The notes beneath the pieces were generated by a model, which was not told the DNA's origin, did no database searches, and saw nothing but the letters and a program-made list of their open reading frames with translations. A stretch of 64,000 bases of DNA, from the IMG/VR virus record IMGVR_UViG_3300013426_000032; one strand, written 5' to 3'. The stretch is from an uncultured virus (IMG/VR IMGVR_UViG_3300013426_000032) (Duplodnaviria; Heunggongvirae; Uroviricota; Caudoviricetes). Positions within the stretch are counted from its first letter, which is position 1. Each line of letters begins with the position of its first letter. Positions 49,372 through 58,522 of this stretch are shown here, piece after piece. The translations under genes and the position numbers were made by a program.

Positions 49372-50181
49372 ATGTCATATTTATTAATAAGTGAAGAAGA
49401 ACTTGAGGATACTGTAAAATTATTAGATAATGATAAATATTTATACAAATTTCTTTTCGATTCATCAAATAAAGATGATTATCATGAGGGCAAATTAGGA
49501 ATAACAAAACTTAGAGACAGTTTGATCTTTTCAGATCAAACTGTAGCAATGCGAACATTGAAAAGTAAAAAAATAGGTAGTGAGATTCAAGAATATGTTA
49601 AAAGTATAGTAACTAATTTATTTGAATCAGGGAACTATATTGGTTTAATTAACGATTCTTATATTTATGATAATATTGTATTTGTATTAAGTAGAACAAC
49701 TGATGACACAGATAAAGCATTATATTTATCTAATGAGGCATTATCATGTATAAAAAAAGAATTTGTTGAAAATATGATGATGCGTGAAGGATTAAGACTT
49801 TACACATACGATCTATTTTCATCAGGTATGACTATAAACGAAACTGCTGATAGAGAATATTTTAAAATAGTTCAGAAAAAACTATCTAATAACGAAGATG
49901 TTAAATTAAATGAAGATATGCTTTTACAATTTAATGAAATGTATAAATATAAAGTTCTTAGTATTTATAGTAGATTAAAATATTTTGATGCTAGAGAAAT
50001 AATGGATAGTTTAAATGAACTTGGTTTCTTAGATGAAAGATTTGATAACTGTATAATAAATGAAGAAAAAGCAAGACAGTTATTAGCTAAGAGATTAACA
50101 GTTATATCTCTTAAGAAAGATATTGATATCCTTATAAGTAAAGGATTATTCAAAAAAGATACTATAAAATATAAAATATAA
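49372..50181 (+). CDS. Hypothetical protein
   Basis: 269 aa, RBS aggaggg. Confidence 0.7.
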   Translation: MSYLLISEEELEDTVKLLDNDKYLYKFLFDSSNKDDYHEGKLGITKLRDSLIFSDQTVAMRTLKSKKIGSEIQEYVKSIVTNLFESGNYIGLINDSYIYDNIVFVLSRTTDDTDKALYLSNEALSCIKKEFVENMMMREGLRLYTYDLFSSGMTINETADREYFKIVQKKLSNNEDVKLNEDMLLQFNEMYKYKVLSIYSRLKYFDAREIMDSLNELGFLDERFDNCIINEEKARQLLAKRLTVISLKKDIDILISKGLFKKDTIKYKI

Positions 50182-50182
50182 T

Positions 50183-50218
50183 AATAAAGCCCAGATTCTT
50201 TCTGGGCTTTATTTTTTT
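50183..50218 (+). terminator. Intrinsic terminator
   Basis: aataaagcccaga-ttctt-tctgggctttatt plus T-run. Confidence 0.8.
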
Positions 50219-50254
50219 ATTATATATTCAACAATATTTAAAAGAGGTGATATA

Positions 50255-51025
50255 ATGAGTAAACAGATATGGGAAAGACATTATTATAGAAATAAAGATA
50301 TAGATTTTTTTATAAATAATCAGATAATAGAATATGATATAAAATCAGCGGGATTATCATTAGCAAAAGAATATAAATATTTAGATAATAAATTAATAAC
50401 AAAATTAGATAATATGTCTAAAGAAGAAAGAAATAGAATGATGGGGATCATAAAAATAAAAGATAAACAATTAGTTAAAAATGAAAATAAAGCATTAGTT
50501 GAAGCTAGAAAACAATTTATAGAATTGAATAATATTGAATTTGATGATATTATATCTATTAAAAAAGATGCTCTTTTTGTTTCTAAAGAATGTTATAAAT
50601 TAAAATCAGGAGAGATAGAATTTATACCAAAAAATAAGTATAGTAGTTATATGGTATTGAATAATATTGAATTTTATTATAATCGTTTTAAATTAGACAT
50701 AAAGGGAATAAATGATGATATGATTAATTTACATGAAGAATTTATGTTATCATTTTTTAAACAATATCTTCAATATATAGAAATGGGTAAAACAAATAAA
50801 CTTCTTGATTTTATAGCAGGATTTGTGTATAGATATAAATCTAGAGATTTAAATATCGGTTATTATAGAGAATTTAATGCTTTATCATTATTTAAACTGA
50901 ATAAACAAACATCATACGGAACGGAATATTTAATTAACTATGTAGATGAGGAAGGTTTTAAAGATATTGATATAGGATATAACTTTTTTAAATATCTTAT
51001 ACCTTTAATGATTTCACTTATTTAA
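50255..51025 (+). CDS. Small family-B-polymerase-palm-like protein
   Basis: IIEYDIKSAG (motif A-like DxxS), ISIKKDALFV (motif C-like), LDIKGI; 256 aa. Confidence 0.5.
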   Translation: MSKQIWERHYYRNKDIDFFINNQIIEYDIKSAGLSLAKEYKYLDNKLITKLDNMSKEERNRMMGIIKIKDKQLVKNENKALVEARKQFIELNNIEFDDIISIKKDALFVSKECYKLKSGEIEFIPKNKYSSYMVLNNIEFYYNRFKLDIKGINDDMINLHEEFMLSFFKQYLQYIEMGKTNKLLDFIAGFVYRYKSRDLNIGYYREFNALSLFKLNKQTSYGTEYLINYVDEEGFKDIDIGYNFFKYLIPLMISLI

Positions 51026-51057
51026 CAATTCACTCAATGTGAGTTTTTAAATAGATT

Positions 51058-51094
51058 AAACAATGGGATAGTCAAATTGACTATCCCATTGTTT
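51058..51094. terminator. Bidirectional terminator between convergent genes
   Basis: 18-bp inverted repeat aaacaatgggatagtcaa-a-ttgactatcccattgttt. Confidence 0.8.
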
Positions 51095-51095
51095 T

Positions 51096-51983
51096 TTAAT
51101 AAAAATTATTACTGCCTGATCCTATATCATCTTGATCTTTTCCATATTTTTTTAATCTGTCTGTTTTTACATCTTTACGCATTTGAGCTAACTCACGTTT
51201 TAGCTGTTCGCGATTATTACTATATAATAATTTATATAAACCTTGAAGTTCGTTTCTATCAGTAGCATATTTCCAAATAAAATCATTGAAAGTTGCTTCA
51301 ATATAATATTTCAAACCATCTATTGATAAGTATAGTAAACAATGTCTCATTAATTCTCTAGACATATTATTTAATACAAGAGCAGTAAATTTTTTAGTTT
51401 CTTCTTCAATTTTTGGTATTGTGATATCATTTGCTTTTAAATAAAAATGTTCTTCATGACTCCATACTCTAGATATTAATAAATTTACAGCATTCATCAT
51501 TTCATCAAATGTTAATGGTTTTTCTATATGTGTTATACGGAAAGTATCTGTGTATTCTTTTAAATCTACTCTTTCTTCTTTTGCTAATTGCTCTTTCTTT
51601 AAACTATAAAAATTATCTTTTTCAACTAACATATTTTTAAATTCTCTTTCTCTTTCTTCACGTTCTAATCTTTCTTTTCTTTCTCTTTCTTCTTTTTCTA
51701 ATACAAACTTTCTTTCTCTTTCTTCACGTTCTAATCTTTCTTTTCTTTCTCTTTCTTCTTTTTCTAATCTTTCTTTTCTTTCTCTTTCTTCTTTTTCTAA
51801 TGCAAACTTTCTTTCTCTTTCTTCACGTTCTAATCTTTCTTTTCTTTCTCTTTCTTCTTCTTTTATTTTTAATTCGTACATATTTTTATTAAATATATCT
51901 TCTTTATAACCATTATATGATTTTAAAGCTCTTGACATGTTTATTCCACATAAAATAACTAATGTTAATAATATTAATATCAT
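51096..51983 (-). CDS. N-terminally membrane-anchored protein with ER/K charged-helix repeat
   Basis: MILILLTLVILCG hydrophobic N-terminus; 11-aa repeats. Confidence 0.7.
   Translation of the reverse strand: MILILLTLVILCGINMSRALKSYNGYKEDIFNKNMYELKIKEEERERKERLEREERERKFALEKEERERKERLEKEERERKERLEREERERKFVLEKEERERKERLEREEREREFKNMLVEKDNFYSLKKEQLAKEERVDLKEYTDTFRITHIEKPLTFDEMMNAVNLLISRVWSHEEHFYLKANDITIPKIEEETKKFTALVLNNMSRELMRHCLLYLSIDGLKYYIEATFNDFIWKYATDRNELQGLYKLLYSNNREQLKRELAQMRKDVKTDRLKKYGKDQDDIGSGSNNFY
51640..51857 (-). repeat. ~6.5 tandem copies of a 33-bp unit encoding EERERK(ER/FA/FV)LE(R/K)
   Basis: Read directly from DNA and translation. Confidence 0.9.
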
Positions 51984-51996
51984 AATAAATTCCTCC

Positions 51997-52701
51997 TTAA
52001 CTTATAAATTCTAAATCATTATCATCATCCATAAAATCTGGATTTAATCGACTCCATTCAGTAACAAATATTTCTAGGTTACCGAAATCATTACTTTTAT
52101 ATTTTTTTGATCTTTCAATATAATCCTGTATTTTAACAATATCTTCTTTTTCTATAGCATCCATATATTTATCTAGGAAACTATAAATATCCCCAAATCC
52201 CATATTTAAATTTAAAAAAACTTTTCTATCATGTACCATTTGATGTACAGTTTCAAGTAACATAACAGTTTGTACTCTGTGAGCAAAATGTTCATCAATA
52301 ACTCTTTTAGCTACTCTAAAAGTAGTTATTTTTTCACCATCCAACATCATTTTATGCAATATTATCGAACATACATCAAATAATGTAAATAGTGGACCAT
52401 GATGCATCTCTATCAGTTTACTTCGTACTTTACCTTCATCTTCTTCTTTTTCTGATACATTTCCTTTTACTTGACAGAAATTTAATCCTAAATCTTTTTT
52501 GATATGAGCTATATATCGTTTATAGTATTTTGATTTTCTCACGTTACGTTCAACGCCTTCTATAAATTTAACTTCATTTTCTATATCAAAAAAATAATCT
52601 TCTTTTTTATAAAATGGTAATTCGTAATAACTCTCATCAGAATCTATCGTTGGATTCTGAATAGGTGTTTTTACATCTATACCAGGTATACCGTTTTTCA
52701 T
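51997..52701 (-). CDS. Conserved jumbo-phage His-rich (HNH-like) protein; paralog of 40622..41296
   Basis: VRKSKYYKRYI, IEMHHGPLFTLFD, HFAHRV..V.L..TVHQMVH. Confidence 0.6.
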   Translation of the reverse strand: MKNGIPGIDVKTPIQNPTIDSDESYYELPFYKKEDYFFDIENEVKFIEGVERNVRKSKYYKRYIAHIKKDLGLNFCQVKGNVSEKEEDEGKVRSKLIEMHHGPLFTLFDVCSIILHKMMLDGEKITTFRVAKRVIDEHFAHRVQTVMLLETVHQMVHDRKVFLNLNMGFGDIYSFLDKYMDAIEKEDIVKIQDYIERSKKYKSNDFGNLEIFVTEWSRLNPDFMDDDNDLEFIS

Positions 52702-52737
52702 ACGTATTCACTCCTTTTTTATAAACTTATTTATTAA

Positions 52738-52759
52738 TACAATTTATTAATATATTGTA
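52738..52759. promoter_or_regulatory. Divergent late-promoter dyad TACA-N6-TA-N6-TGTA
   Basis: Plus-strand TACA-ATTTAT-TA and minus-strand TACA-ATATAT-TA share the TA at 52748-52749, between divergent genes. Confidence 0.55.
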
Positions 52760-52793
52760 TTAATAAATTAAACAAAAAGGAGGTTATAAACAT

Positions 52794-55199
52794 ATGATAG
52801 ATAATCAATTAGCATTTACACAAAGTGTTGTGCTTGATAATATAAAAACGATTCTTGAAAATAGTATAATAAAGTTATCTGCTGATGCTTCTAAATATGA
52901 AACCATTGATATTTTAAGATCAGCAGAGAAATATTTAAATGCTAAACAGGAATTAGATAGATTTGAATCACATCCTTTATATGAACCATCAGTTATTGCT
53001 AAAGCAGGTATAACTGATAAAGAAAAAATTTATAATTATCATGAAAATAAATATTTAATACCTCGTAATAAACGAGATTTAGTATTAAAATATAAAAGAG
53101 AATTGATTATAAAGGAATATGAAGAACAAAATGATTATTATAGGGAATTAATAGGTAGACCACCTATTGATGAAGATGAATCTGAATTTATATATTTAAC
53201 TGAATCTCAGATGAAATTTTATGATATAGATGAAATTAGACCTATACACGATTATCCTAGTGAAATTATTTCTAAATTAGAAAGAAAAATAATACCTGAT
53301 TTAATAGAACAATACCCAGAAAAAACATATCTTAAACATATGGGTAGTAAAGCAGTAGATTTAGTTACAGCTAGAACAGCTAAAAATTTCCAAATAATAT
53401 ATTTTGACTCAGATATAGATAAAATGTTTATTGATAAATTTTTTGAAACATATAATATATGTAGAGATTATTATATATCAGTTATTTATAATTCGGATTT
53501 AAGAAGTGTATATGATTATTATGATAATTTTATAGCTATGAATATAATGATGATGACAATACAACGTTTTGTTATAGATATAATACAGATGTCTGTCGAT
53601 AGGGATTTTTTTGATTTAATGTCTATAAAGAAAATGTTTAATGTATACGGAATACCATTTTTCGAATCGTTACCTTTAGATTATCAGAGAATAATAATAA
53701 AACATTTAAATATAATGGTCAGAACTAAATCAACAGATCAATGTTTATATGATATAGCAAATACATTGATGTATGAAAGAATAAGTGTATATAAATATTT
53801 TTTAGTAAAAGAACGATTAATGGATGAAAACGATATCCCAATAGAAGCTACTAAAACAATAATAAATGAAGATGGTACTACTAGTGAAGCACCTGATTAT
53901 GAAAAAATATATGATGTTTATTTTCAATCAACTGATATTATGGATAATAATACTATATTAGCTATTGAAGATAAATCAAATAGATATGAATATAAAGAAG
54001 TAACTGAAGAAGATGAATTATGGTGGGATGATGCAGATTTAAAAAAAGAATTATATGAAAGGGAATTTAATTATATTGATACAAAGTATATAGGAATAAG
54101 TATATCATATAATTTAACAAAAATATTATATGAATCTATTTATTTTTTAAATATGTTAATTGATAATAAAGATATTAAAACAAATATAGATGATAGATTA
54201 TTTAATGATGATGCTATGCATGAAGGTACAGATTATCTGTATATTAAATTAGAAAGAATAACAGATACGCCAATATCTATATTTGATTCAATAGTTATAT
54301 TGGCAGCTTTATTATGTAAGAAAAATAGTATGAAAGGTAATATATTAGTAAAACCAGCACAAATATTATCAGTTTTAGGATTTAATTTTGAAGCCAATTT
54401 TGATTTGATAAATAAGAAAATAAGAGAAAATCCTAGGATATTTAAAAATCAAGAAATAACAAAATATCTTAATTTATTAAATATTCAAAGCGTAGAAGAT
54501 ATAAACACATTATATACTAATTTTAAAAATTTTGCTAATTTTTGTATAGAACAAATGAATACAACCGATGATGTAAAAGTATTCAGAGCATATCAAGATT
54601 TATATAAAACATTAATGATTAAAAAAGAGACAACTAAAGCTTTTAAAATGAACAACGGATTGGTTGCTATTACTTATATGGAATATGTTAGAGATAAATT
54701 ACCATATATAGCAGATTATATAGATTCATTAGAAAAAGATGAATGTGGTGTTATAATAGAACATATATTGGGTAAATTAAATGAATTAATACCATCATTA
54801 ACATATTTATCAACTTTAAATGGTGTTAATAATAATATCGTTGATTGTATAATAGAACTTATAAAATTTTTTAAATCATATACTGTAGATTTAAGAAATC
54901 TTAATGTTGTATATATATTCGATGATCCTTATTGGAATAGAATAAGAACTGTAGAAAATGTTGATTTACATGTAAAAATACAACCTAGAGAAAAACCATT
55001 AGAATATAATGATATTAATTTTATTAGTTCGAATTATAATATTAATGAAAAAGTAAATTTATCATATGTAAATGCAATAGATATTGGTGATAATGGTACA
55101 ATGGATAGAATGTTAATGAGATATAGTATGATTAATAATAAAATTTATAATGATGATAAAATCAATCTTAGAGACAAATTACAAATTATTTATGACTAA
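52794..55199 (+). CDS. Virion structural protein (putative baseplate wedge-like, phiKZ/AR9-like)
   Basis: YEEQNDYYRELIGRP, KST..CL..I and FFKSYTV resemble conserved jumbo-phage structural proteins (recalled). Confidence 0.55.
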   Translation: MIDNQLAFTQSVVLDNIKTILENSIIKLSADASKYETIDILRSAEKYLNAKQELDRFESHPLYEPSVIAKAGITDKEKIYNYHENKYLIPRNKRDLVLKYKRELIIKEYEEQNDYYRELIGRPPIDEDESEFIYLTESQMKFYDIDEIRPIHDYPSEIISKLERKIIPDLIEQYPEKTYLKHMGSKAVDLVTARTAKNFQIIYFDSDIDKMFIDKFFETYNICRDYYISVIYNSDLRSVYDYYDNFIAMNIMMMTIQRFVIDIIQMSVDRDFFDLMSIKKMFNVYGIPFFESLPLDYQRIIIKHLNIMVRTKSTDQCLYDIANTLMYERISVYKYFLVKERLMDENDIPIEATKTIINEDGTTSEAPDYEKIYDVYFQSTDIMDNNTILAIEDKSNRYEYKEVTEEDELWWDDADLKKELYEREFNYIDTKYIGISISYNLTKILYESIYFLNMLIDNKDIKTNIDDRLFNDDAMHEGTDYLYIKLERITDTPISIFDSIVILAALLCKKNSMKGNILVKPAQILSVLGFNFEANFDLINKKIRENPRIFKNQEITKYLNLLNIQSVEDINTLYTNFKNFANFCIEQMNTTDDVKVFRAYQDLYKTLMIKKETTKAFKMNNGLVAITYMEYVRDKLPYIADYIDSLEKDECGVIIEHILGKLNELIPSLTYLSTLNGVNNNIVDCIIELIKFFKSYTVDLRNLNVVYIFDDPYWNRIRTVENVDLHVKIQPREKPLEYNDINFISSNYNINEKVNLSYVNAIDIGDNGTMDRMLMRYSMINNKIYNDDKINLRDKLQIIYD

Positions 55200-55210
55200 A
55201 CATTATAATA
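55199..55210 (+). promoter_or_regulatory. Putative late promoter
   Basis: AACA-TTATAA-TA. Confidence 0.55.
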
Positions 55211-55237
55211 AGATTAGTTTTTTTTGGAGGTAATGAA

Positions 55238-55564
55238 ATGAAAGATGATAAAATGAAATTAACAATATTAGGGAAATTAGAAGAAGGAGAAGCTGTTGCT
55301 ACTGTAAAAATAGACAATGTTATTTATATATGCAAAACAGATATTCAAACAACTTCTAGTTTTAAAGGAATACAACCTGAAATTAAAATGTATGATGAGT
55401 ATAGAAATGATTATAAAGACAGAGCTGTTTTAAAAACAGGGTTCGTTGAACCAGACGATACTTCTATAGATGATGTTGACAAACAAATAGATTTCATCAG
55501 AGAAAATTTACCAAAAATAGAAATAAAAGGAGTTGATGTAAATGACCAAGATATTAAAAGATAA
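55238..55564 (+). CDS. Hypothetical protein
   Basis: 108 aa, RBS tggaggt. Confidence 0.7.
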   Translation: MKDDKMKLTILGKLEEGEAVATVKIDNVIYICKTDIQTTSSFKGIQPEIKMYDEYRNDYKDRAVLKTGFVEPDDTSIDDVDKQIDFIRENLPKIEIKGVDVNDQDIKR

Positions 55565-56375
55565 TGTCAATAATAATGATAAAATCAGACCTATGAGAAT
55601 AGAATCTAAACAAGGTAATTTAAAAACAAAAATAATAGGTTTAGATTCTTTAACTAAAGAAGTTTTGTTTGAAACAGAAAACCAAATAGTTTTAGGAGGA
55701 GCATTATTTATATTAGAAAAAGTATTTAATGTTAATTCTCCTATAACTGTAGAATATTTAAATAATATAATGGGTATAGCAGCAGAAAACCCTATTGAAG
55801 AAAAATATCCTAAGAACACATCAGTATGCTTATTTGGTGTAGGCATAGGTGGGTGTGGTGATTCTTCACTATCCGTAGTTGATGTTAATTTCTATGAAAG
55901 AGAAATATTTGATATGGTTCCTTTTAGAGTTACAGACGATGAATTAAATGAAGAAGATAAAGAAAAATATTGGTTTAAACGTAAAGAAAACGATGGAAGA
56001 ACTTCATATTTCTTAAAAAAATTTGAACAAGATCCAACTATAAAAGTTTTATGGAAAGATGGAGATGAAGACGAAGATGGTTCTGAAGTTAGTAGTGGTG
56101 TTCATGATACTGCTCGTACTGAACCAATAGAAACATTTGCAGAAATGATATTAAAGATAACTAAAAGAGATGTCAGAGAATATTTCGAAATAAATGGTGA
56201 TATTGAAACAGCCAGAATAAATTCAATAGGATTATTTACTGGAATAAAACAAACTTTATCTGATGGTACAGAAGATTATAAACAAGTAAAATTATTTTCT
56301 AAATTAAACATACCTAATGAAATGCTTGTTAACAATAAAGATATGACTATTATATATAGAATTTATACTTCATAG
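55542..56375 (+). CDS. Virion structural protein (baseplate-associated type)
   Basis: ENQIVLGG..F.LEKVF, LFGVGIGG, MVPFR, C-terminal IIYRIY. Confidence 0.5.
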   Translation: MTKILKDNVNNNDKIRPMRIESKQGNLKTKIIGLDSLTKEVLFETENQIVLGGALFILEKVFNVNSPITVEYLNNIMGIAAENPIEEKYPKNTSVCLFGVGIGGCGDSSLSVVDVNFYEREIFDMVPFRVTDDELNEEDKEKYWFKRKENDGRTSYFLKKFEQDPTIKVLWKDGDEDEDGSEVSSGVHDTARTEPIETFAEMILKITKRDVREYFEINGDIETARINSIGLFTGIKQTLSDGTEDYKQVKLFSKLNIPNEMLVNNKDMTIIYRIYTS

Positions 56376-56387
56376 GAGGTGTAAATA

Positions 56388-57590
56388 GTGACTAGAAGAA
56401 TAAGTGAAGCAGAAAAAAAGGAGTTATTACAAATAACTCCTGACCAAATAACATATACATTATTAATGGATTTATTTGGTAAAAATTTAGTAGATGGTAA
56501 AGTAAAACCTGCTAGATTTTTACCTCAAGATGTATTTAAATTAAACAAAGGGGAATATATAAATAAAGATACAATAGATACTACTGTAGGAAGTTTTATA
56601 TTTAATAAGTTTATAATAGAACCCAGATTTTCTACATTAATAGGTTATGATAATGATGTTATTAATGGGAAAAATCTAGAGAATTTAGAAGCTAGATTAG
56701 CAGAATTGCTTAGAGATGATAAAATAGAACCAGCAGATTTTGCTGATTATTTGATGAGAATACAGTGGTTGGGTAATAAATTAAATGAACCAATAGCATC
56801 TTCATTTACTATGAAAGGAATGAAACCAGTTCCTAAAGTAATAAAAGAAAGAGATAAATTAATAAAAGAAAATAAAAAGGCACTTGAAAAAGGTGATATA
56901 ATCACGATGTCAGAAATAGAATCTAAATTAACTAAAATGGCTGAAGATGAAATAGGAGATGATCCTTCTATGGATTTATACTATTCAGGAGCTAAAGGTT
57001 CTATAAGTAATAACTATAAACAGTTATCTATAATGAAAGGACCTATTATGAATCTAGCATCTGGTAAATATGAATTTGTAACTAAAAATTTCTATGAGGG
57101 AATATCTAAAGATGAAATATCTCCTACAGGTTCTAATGTTGTAAATGGTGCTTTCCCAAAAACATGTGAAGTTAAGGATACAGGATATAAAGCTAAACAA
57201 ATGAACTCAGCTTTACAATCTATTGTATTACGAGAAGATGTTCAAGATTGTGGTTCTAAAGGATATGTTGAAATATTATTAACTCCGACTGTAGCTAAAA
57301 AATGTAATGATCGATATATTATAGATGGTAATAAAACAGTTTTACTTACAAGTGAAAATATGAATAAATATATAGGTAAAAAAGTTAAATTGAGATCTAT
57401 TTTATATTGTGGTTGTGATTATGGTGTATGTTTAACATGTGCAGGATTGAGTTTTAAAAAAATAGGAATAAATGTTGTTGGATTAACAGGTAGTGCTTTA
57501 ACAGGTAGTCTTGTTAATATTAAAATGAAATCTTTTCATGATACATCAGTAAAGACAAATATTATCGATCTGGATGATATAACTTTCTAG
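56388..57590 (+). CDS. Phage RNA polymerase beta'-like subunit, C-terminal part (likely virion RNAP)
   Basis: TTVG.FIFN, SGAKG, bridge-helix-like TGY.AKQ, DCGS, R...C....VC..CAG, trigger-loop-like MKSFH; GTG start; in late operon. Confidence 0.9.
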   Translation: MTRRISEAEKKELLQITPDQITYTLLMDLFGKNLVDGKVKPARFLPQDVFKLNKGEYINKDTIDTTVGSFIFNKFIIEPRFSTLIGYDNDVINGKNLENLEARLAELLRDDKIEPADFADYLMRIQWLGNKLNEPIASSFTMKGMKPVPKVIKERDKLIKENKKALEKGDIITMSEIESKLTKMAEDEIGDDPSMDLYYSGAKGSISNNYKQLSIMKGPIMNLASGKYEFVTKNFYEGISKDEISPTGSNVVNGAFPKTCEVKDTGYKAKQMNSALQSIVLREDVQDCGSKGYVEILLTPTVAKKCNDRYIIDGNKTVLLTSENMNKYIGKKVKLRSILYCGCDYGVCLTCAGLSFKKIGINVVGLTGSALTGSLVNIKMKSFHDTSVKTNIIDLDDITF

Positions 57591-57617
57591 TATTATAATA
57601 ACAAATTAATAAGGAGG

Positions 57618-57950
57618 ATGAATAAAATGGAAGAAAATAAAATTTACGATTATTCATTTGATGCTCATGAATTAGCTGAAGCTTGGAAACAAGAAAATCC
57701 TAATTCAGATATGAGCCGAAATGAAGTAATTAGAGAATGTATAACTTTATTGTTAAAATATACTGTATTTGCAGATATAAATACAACACTTAAAGATTAT
57801 GATGAAATACAAGTAAATATAACACAAAAAGGTTATAATAAATATGGTGAATTAACAAATATACCATTATTAACAGAAAAATATGATTTAGTAGAAATGA
57901 GAAAGATTGTTGACATAGAACATGTTAATTTAATAGATTTCTTATTATAA
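57618..57950 (+). CDS. Hypothetical protein
   Basis: 110 aa; late motif AACA-AATTAA-TA at 57600-57611. Confidence 0.65.
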   Translation: MNKMEENKIYDYSFDAHELAEAWKQENPNSDMSRNEVIRECITLLLKYTVFADINTTLKDYDEIQVNITQKGYNKYGELTNIPLLTEKYDLVEMRKIVDIEHVNLIDFLL

Positions 57951-57955
57951 AATAT

Positions 57956-57985
57956 TAACCCCATCAAATATATTTGATGGGGTTA
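57956..57985. terminator. Perfect 30-bp palindrome
   Basis: taaccccatcaaata|tatttgatggggtta. Confidence 0.65.
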
Positions 57986-57987
57986 CT

Positions 57988-58018
57988 GTAATCTACGATG
58001 ATAATAATTATATATTAT
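57988..58018 (+). promoter_or_regulatory. Putative early promoter
   Basis: GTAATC-tacgatgataat-AATTATATATTAT. Confidence 0.7.
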
Positions 58019-58037
58019 ATAAATGAGGTGATAGAGT

Positions 58038-58421
58038 ATGATTTTAATAAATAAAAAATATAGATTCAATAATATTTTTGAATCTAGAAAAAATAATCCT
58101 GTTATGCATGAAGTTGCTAAAATGGATAAAACGTATTATAAAAATATAATGGAAAAATGTGATAATAAAATACCATTAACATTAAAAGAATTTGTTGATA
58201 TTTGTAAATGTTATGATGTTCCATATAATATTATTATAGTAAAAAACCACACTTATTTTAAAAGAGTATCTAATAATACAGAAAATATAATAAAAAAAAT
58301 AAATGATATATTAAATGATTTTCTAGAATTAGATATAGGTAAAATAGATGTTGAAGAATTTGAATTTGAAGAAATATATAATGTTTCTAAAAATCATAAT
58401 GTTAAGATAAAAATTAAATAA
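58038..58421 (+). CDS. Hypothetical protein
   Basis: 127 aa, RBS gaggtga. Confidence 0.65.
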   Translation: MILINKKYRFNNIFESRKNNPVMHEVAKMDKTYYKNIMEKCDNKIPLTLKEFVDICKCYDVPYNIIIVKNHTYFKRVSNNTENIIKKINDILNDFLELDIGKIDVEEFEFEEIYNVSKNHNVKIKIK

Positions 58422-58424
58422 AGT

Positions 58425-58455
58425 GTAAAACATAGACATTTTAATTCTATATTAT
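58425..58455 (+). promoter_or_regulatory. Putative early promoter of RNAP beta'-N gene
   Basis: GTAAAA-catagacatttt-AATTCTATATTAT. Confidence 0.65.
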
Positions 58456-58522
58456 CACTATGTGATAATATAGATTGGTGTGTATAATGTGTGGTGTGTT
58501 TTTATTATAAAAGGAGGTTAAT

